IMG/VR virus record: IMGVR_UViG_3300037847_005438
Coordinates: 1-64,000 of that record
Direction: 5' to 3' (one strand)
DNA: 64,000 nucleotides
Origin: an uncultured virus (IMG/VR IMGVR_UViG_3300037847_005438)
Taxonomy: Duplodnaviria; Heunggongvirae; Uroviricota; Caudoviricetes
The position numbers and the translations under genes are program-made. Below the pieces are notes generated by a model. That model saw nothing but the letters and a program-made list of their open reading frames with translations, searched no databases and had not been told where the DNA came from. The first letter of the stretch is position 1. Each line of letters opens with the position of its first letter. Positions 59,878-64,000 of the stretch are shown piece after piece.

Positions 59878-60349
59878 ATTACAACTACTTGGTATACAAG
59901 AGGTTACAACTAAAAGACAAGAGAAAAATGGTACACGTGAATTTAAGTTACCAATAAACGATCCTTATGGTGATGCTATACACGTCGCATCTTTCGCCAC
60001 TGGCTACGTTAGACGTACTAGAACTACTGGTCGTAGTGATTGGCAACTAAATAAAACAAAGCAAGAAAAGCGCTACGTAGAAATGAAAGATTATGATACA
60101 GGTAGACCGGTAATTAGAACATTTAAAGATACTGTTAGAATATTAATAGAAGATGAGCAAGAAAGGTTAGAGTATTTAATAAGCTATTGTCTCAAAAACT
60201 ATTACATCGGTCAAGCAAATATGTTATCAAATGGTAAATATATACCTAAATGGAAGTATGATAACAAGTGTAATGAGTGTGATAGAGATGATGGCGCTTT
60301 ACAAAACTTATCAGTAATAGTAAATAACGAAAGATATAGAATAATATAA
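59861..60349 (+). CDS. early hypothetical protein
   Basis: EVTTKRQEKNGTREF...ASFATGYVR. Confidence 0.7.
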   Translation: MSIKNKLQLLGIQEVTTKRQEKNGTREFKLPINDPYGDAIHVASFATGYVRRTRTTGRSDWQLNKTKQEKRYVEMKDYDTGRPVIRTFKDTVRILIEDEQERLEYLISYCLKNYYIGQANMLSNGKYIPKWKYDNKCNECDRDDGALQNLSVIVNNERYRII

Positions 60350-60393
60350 TATGGGAAAACAAAACGAAAAACTACTAAAAAATATAGAATTAT

Positions 60394-60531
60394 ATGAGCA
60401 AAAAAAGAAAGCTGAACAGCAAAAATCCAAAATACTGGGACAAAAGCCAGATAACCGAAAAACCAATAGCAAAGAAAAAGCTAATGTGTGAAACTAAAGG
60501 TGTTAAAATATATGGAATATGGTACGCTTAG
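60394..60531 (+). CDS. 45-aa basic protein (absent from ORF track)
   Basis: MSKKRKLNSKNPKYWDKSQITEKPIAKKKLMCETKGVKIYGIWYA; an alternative frame 60351-60491 overlaps it. Confidence 0.5.
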   Translation: MSKKRKLNSKNPKYWDKSQITEKPIAKKKLMCETKGVKIYGIWYA

Positions 60532-60552
60532 TAGTCATATGGCCTAGTTAAT

Positions 60553-60768
60553 ACGAGGTGAGGGTGGTAGCGCGTGAGACGTGTAGCAGAGGAACGTGGG
60601 TTGAAATTACCTGGTGCACAAAATAATACGTTCTAATAATATCTGCATCTTACTCACTTGGCAGAACGGCAGGATAAAGCAAATATAAGGAAGAACAAAG
60701 ATCGAGCAGGTACAATTTAAAATACCAAGGAGTCGAGCCTTATAAGAACCACACCTGCCCGACCTCGT
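60553..60768 (+). ncRNA. candidate multi-helix structured non-coding RNA (~216 nt)
   Basis: Intergenic, GC-enriched, with a closing helix and two arms of nested complementary segments (see findings); strand inferred from context. Confidence 0.65.
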
Positions 60769-60822
60769 TTTATCACAAATTAAAATAGAAGTAAAATAGA
60801 TAATATAATAAAATTAAATACA

Positions 60823-61224
60823 ATGACAGAAAACGAATTATTACTAAAAATTGAAGGCTTAGAAAAAGCTATCAAAGAACATCAAGACTTTGTTAATACG
60901 TATGGTAATACGTTAACAACTACTAAACAAGAACTAGTTGACTTACACAAACCAGAGTTAACTACATCTCAAATGGAAGCTATTGAACGTGCTGTGGAAC
61001 AAGCTGTTAATGAGTTTGATTTTACAGATACAGATAACTATGAAATAGATTATAGTCTTGACTATGATAATAGAGTACAATGTGAATCACATGAGTTTAT
61101 TAATGAAAGTGATTTAGTTGAAATGATAGTTAACAGAGTGTGTAAATTATTCAAAGAAGTTGAAGAGTTAGACACAACAGAACCTGACCATCATAAAGTT
61201 ACTCACGTAGAAAAAATTATATAA
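60823..61224 (+). CDS. acidic hypothetical protein
   Basis: ORF after motif copy 8. Confidence 0.7.
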   Translation: MTENELLLKIEGLEKAIKEHQDFVNTYGNTLTTTKQELVDLHKPELTTSQMEAIERAVEQAVNEFDFTDTDNYEIDYSLDYDNRVQCESHEFINESDLVEMIVNRVCKLFKEVEELDTTEPDHHKVTHVEKII

Positions 61225-61225
61225 T

Positions 61226-61834
61226 ATGAATCTATTAACACAAAATAGTAAACTAAAACGTACATCTAAAGAATTAGGCTTAAGAGTATTTAACTTTGGT
61301 ATACCTGCATACAGGTCTGCTAGTGGTAAATTAACATGTCCATTTGCTGATGAGTGTGTTAAGTTTTGTTATGCTAAAAAAGGTGCATACATATGGAGTA
61401 ATGTACAGCCTGCGTTTGAAAAGCGTTATCAACTTAGTAAAACAGATAAATTTATACCAGCGATGATGGACGAGATAGTTAACAAGCGTCCTGATTATAT
61501 CAGAGTACACGATAGCGGTGATTATTATTCACCTGCATACTTAGAAAAATGGTTACGTATAGCTAGAACATTTCCTGAAGTTAAATTCTACAGTTATACT
61601 AATTGTGTAAATATGCTTAAAAATGTAGATTTACCTGATAACTATGATATTATATTCTCAGACAGTGGTAAACAAAAACATATGATAGATCAAACTATAG
61701 ATCGTCATACTAAAATATTTGACAGTCAAGATGAATTAATGTCTAACGGTTACATAGATGCATCTAAGATTGATTTATATGCAACGAAATGGTTTAACAA
61801 AGATAATATTAACGTAGGGCTTATAGCTCATTAA
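61226..61834 (+). CDS. GP88-like (radical-SAM-related Fe-S) protein
   Basis: LLTQNSKL, TCPFADECVKFCYAKKG, IRVHDSGDYYS, FYSYT. Confidence 0.7.
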   Translation: MNLLTQNSKLKRTSKELGLRVFNFGIPAYRSASGKLTCPFADECVKFCYAKKGAYIWSNVQPAFEKRYQLSKTDKFIPAMMDEIVNKRPDYIRVHDSGDYYSPAYLEKWLRIARTFPEVKFYSYTNCVNMLKNVDLPDNYDIIFSDSGKQKHMIDQTIDRHTKIFDSQDELMSNGYIDASKIDLYATKWFNKDNINVGLIAH

Positions 61835-61844
61835 AAATTAAATT

Positions 61845-62228
61845 ATGTCAACAAGAGCACAAATACGATTTGCTACGCGTGAAGCAGGTCAATCATTTAA
61901 CAAGCATCCAAATGCTATACACGCACAATTTTACAAGCACAGCGATGGTTATCCTGAAGGTTTAGGTATAGATATAGCTAATTCTATTATGAATAATGTA
62001 GGATTAAATGGTATTGAAATAGAACCATTAACACATAAGCATAGTGATTTAGAATATATATATTATATTTGGCAAGCACCAGGTAAAGAAACATTTATAA
62101 GTATATTTGAAGTAAATATGATACCAGCTTACTGCGAAACTTGTGGTCAAGACGTACAACTTGAAGATGCTTGTGTATTTGTAGGATTACCAACAGAATT
62201 AATAAATAAGTATTCACAAACTAAATAA
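61845..62228 (+). CDS. conserved phage hypothetical protein
   Basis: MSTRAQI...YKHSDGYPEGLG...EYIYYI. Confidence 0.7.
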   Translation: MSTRAQIRFATREAGQSFNKHPNAIHAQFYKHSDGYPEGLGIDIANSIMNNVGLNGIEIEPLTHKHSDLEYIYYIWQAPGKETFISIFEVNMIPAYCETCGQDVQLEDACVFVGLPTELINKYSQTK

Positions 62229-62233
62229 GAAAT

Positions 62234-62578
62234 ATGACAGATAATAAAAGAGTTACAAATAAACAAATATTAGATAAAATCGACTCGTTAAAAGTAGGTG
62301 ACGAAGGACTTAACATATTGGCTACCAAAATAGTAAGTCGTATGGTAAAACTCAAGTCAATGGAGGACTGGTTTCATCATGTTGCTAAGTCTGATAAAGC
62401 TTGGTCATCGACTTACAAAGATCTTAATTTATCAGAAGAAGTTGAGGCTTTGGGTGAAGCTGCAAAGCTTATGACATTAATGAATATATGTCAAGAAGAT
62501 GAAGAGTATGAAAAATGCGCCTTAATTAAAAATCGTATGGACGAGGTTAATAAAATACTTAAAAAATATAAAAAATGA
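62234..62578 (+). CDS. protein with C-terminal UVR-like coiled-coil motif
   Basis: EDEEYEKCALIKNRM. Confidence 0.6.
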   Translation: MTDNKRVTNKQILDKIDSLKVGDEGLNILATKIVSRMVKLKSMEDWFHHVAKSDKAWSSTYKDLNLSEEVEALGEAAKLMTLMNICQEDEEYEKCALIKNRMDEVNKILKKYKK

Positions 62579-62676
62579 CACGAAATGAACAGCAAATGTA
62601 TAGAGACATTAGCAACTTAACTAAAGCATTAGAAAAATTAGTAAAAGTATTAACTAAATTAGCAAAAGAACAATGA
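62575..62676 (+). CDS. 33-aa helical peptide (absent from ORF track)
   Basis: ATGA-coupled on both sides; MTRNEQQMYRDISNLTKALEKLVKVLTKLAKEQ. Confidence 0.55.
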   Translation: MTRNEQQMYRDISNLTKALEKLVKVLTKLAKEQ

Positions 62677-63158
62677 ATATATTTTATTTAGATAAATGCC
62701 CTGAAAAAGCGGCTAGACTACAGTATAATAAACATGTAGTTAAAATGATACTTGAGTCAGCTCAAATGTTATGTACAGCTCATCATTGTATTATGGGTGC
62801 TGATGCTAATGTACCTTATAAAGCAGCACATAGAAATCATCCATCAACTAAATGGGCTAGACAATCTGGTGAAAATTATACTTGGCTGTATAGACACATG
62901 ATGGAACTAGGTAGAGAGTACGAAAAACGTTATGGTAAAAAACATCTATCTATAATTAAATGTGAAGATCCATTGTCTATATTGCCAGGTGGTATATTAG
63001 AAACAGGATTAACTGAAATGCCTCAGTGTATGCCAGATGAATATAAAGATAAATGTAGTATACAAGCTTATTGGAATTATTACATAGGCGAAAAACACGT
63101 AGTAGCAAACCCTAAAACTGAAAAATTATATGAGCGAAGACCTCAAGAAACGTATTAA
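62673..63158 (+). CDS. pyrimidine-dimer DNA glycosylase-like protein
   Basis: MNIFYLD...HVVKMILESAQMLCTAH...HRNHPSTKWAR...PQCMPDEYK. Confidence 0.75.
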   Translation: MNIFYLDKCPEKAARLQYNKHVVKMILESAQMLCTAHHCIMGADANVPYKAAHRNHPSTKWARQSGENYTWLYRHMMELGREYEKRYGKKHLSIIKCEDPLSILPGGILETGLTEMPQCMPDEYKDKCSIQAYWNYYIGEKHVVANPKTEKLYERRPQETY

Positions 63159-63191
63159 AAAAGTTTTAATTACATTAAAACCACAAGGGAC

Positions 63192-63237
63192 TGTGACAAC
63201 AGCCCCTAAATAACTAGAGTAATAGGCTAATGTCACA
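63192..63237. repeat. TGTGACA...TGTCACA element, copy 2 (overlaps the start codon at 63230)
   Basis: Shares TAACTAGAGTAAYAGGC core and inverted ends with 58076-58123. Confidence 0.75.
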
Positions 63238-63850
63238 CGAAAGAAAATTAAAGTATTTAAATCAAAACCAAATTGTATACCGTAGACAACCAATAAAAGA
63301 TATACCAGACATTGATAATGAAGTATATATGTTTTATGTTAACGGCACACATGAGTGTTACGAACTGTTTAGATCATCAGCTAAAATAACTACATACAAA
63401 TCTCTTAAATGGCATTTGTTAGTATTATGGTATTTAAACCCTGATTTAGATCAAGATAAGTTTATGCAACTAGCAGAAGTTATATGCCACAAACCAAATG
63501 GCTTTGTAAGTTTTGCTATACACATTGATTTATTACGTAAAATAGTATATGAAGTTAGCATGCTAGATTTAGATGAGCCACCTAAAAACAAGCTGCGTAA
63601 AGTTATATTTAAACCATTTACTAGAGTTAGTAAAGAAGAAAAATTACGTATTGTAGGTGAGTTAATAGGTAGAACAAAACGTATAACTCAAGATGATATT
63701 TACGACTGCATGTTAGAAATAAATAATAATAAAGAAAAAATAACTATAGCTAAACTAGCTAAGTTATTAAGCTGTACAAGTAGAACAATACACAGGAACA
63801 TAGGTGTAGAATTAAAACGAGAAAAAGAATTATTAAATAAACAAATATGA
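63230..63850 (+). CDS. DNA-binding protein with C-terminal HTH (regulator or replication initiator-like)
   Basis: KITIAKLAKLLSCTSRTIHRNIG helix-turn-helix. Confidence 0.6.
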   Translation: MSHERKLKYLNQNQIVYRRQPIKDIPDIDNEVYMFYVNGTHECYELFRSSAKITTYKSLKWHLLVLWYLNPDLDQDKFMQLAEVICHKPNGFVSFAIHIDLLRKIVYEVSMLDLDEPPKNKLRKVIFKPFTRVSKEEKLRIVGELIGRTKRITQDDIYDCMLEINNNKEKITIAKLAKLLSCTSRTIHRNIGVELKREKELLNKQI

Positions 63851-64000
63851 AAAGTTATAATATACAGAACTATATTAGATATAAAAAAGATTTAGAAAAA
63901 ACAATAGCAAGAATAAAAATAAAAGAACATTATTCTTTATATGATAGAGATACATTAGTAACTTTATTTATGCCACTTGTAGAAAATATAGCTAGAAAAT
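63847..64000 (+). CDS. probable RNA polymerase sigma factor, N-terminus (truncated by window edge)
   Basis: MKSYNIQNYIRYKKDL...RDTLVTLFMPLVENIAR resembles sigma-70 region 2.1; only 51 codons visible. Confidence 0.5.
   Translation, partial: MKSYNIQNYIRYKKDLEKTIARIKIKEHYSLYDRDTLVTLFMPLVENIARK

Larger units (their letters stand above)
56807..62246 (+). promoter_or_regulatory. nine copies of bipartite element CACAAAYT-N16-AGATAATA (putative early promoters)
   Basis: CACAAA starts at 56807, 57167, 57388, 57677, 58120, 59103, 59544, 60774, 62215; AGATAATA always begins exactly 24 nt later. Confidence 0.85.

Noticed and set aside
60553..60768. RNase P RNA, tmRNA or tRNA identity for the structured RNA
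   Set aside because: GAGGAACG and AGAACC only loosely recall RNase P conserved regions and the P4 pairing is absent; no tRNA-like acceptor or T-arm is present
56807..62246. Repeated early motif as a CRISPR array or integron attC sites
   Set aside because: Copies are hundreds to thousands of bases apart, only two short boxes are conserved, they are not palindromic, and no cas or integrase gene is in the window

Overview
This window is about 64 kb of an AT-rich tailed dsDNA phage genome with podovirus-like organisation. The likely host is a marine Bacteroidota/Flavobacteriia bacterium, inferred from Shine-Dalgarno-less A/T-rich leaders, an Hc1-like histone, a T9SS-like sorting tail and crAss-like/Cellulophaga-phage-like head and tail genes. 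There are three blocks. (1) 1-6.3 kb, + strand: replication and nucleotide metabolism (primase-helicase, a ThyA-fold enzyme with the dCMP-type Asp, MazG-like pyrophosphatases, endonuclease I, class II RNR). (2) 6.35-56.6 kb, - strand: late genes (GroEL/GroES, holin, terminase, portal, scaffold, capsid, tail, ejection proteins, an envelope-protein module and tail fibres). (3) 56.8-64 kb, + strand: small early genes ending in a truncated sigma-factor-like ORF. Most notable: a ~216-nt multi-helix structured RNA candidate (60553-60768); nine exactly spaced CACAAAYT-N16-AGATAATA elements that split the early region into cassettes; a separate late motif (TAAA-N15-GTRAYWATA); a module of secreted and outer-membrane proteins including a MAM-domain T9SS-like cargo; a probable cytosine-modification pathway; a mini-intein/Hint domain on an ejection protein; a shared FKLxSGNKPSIAK N-terminal tag; and a G-quadruplex-forming GC island at the strand switch. 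All family assignments come from motif recognition by eye; no searches were run.
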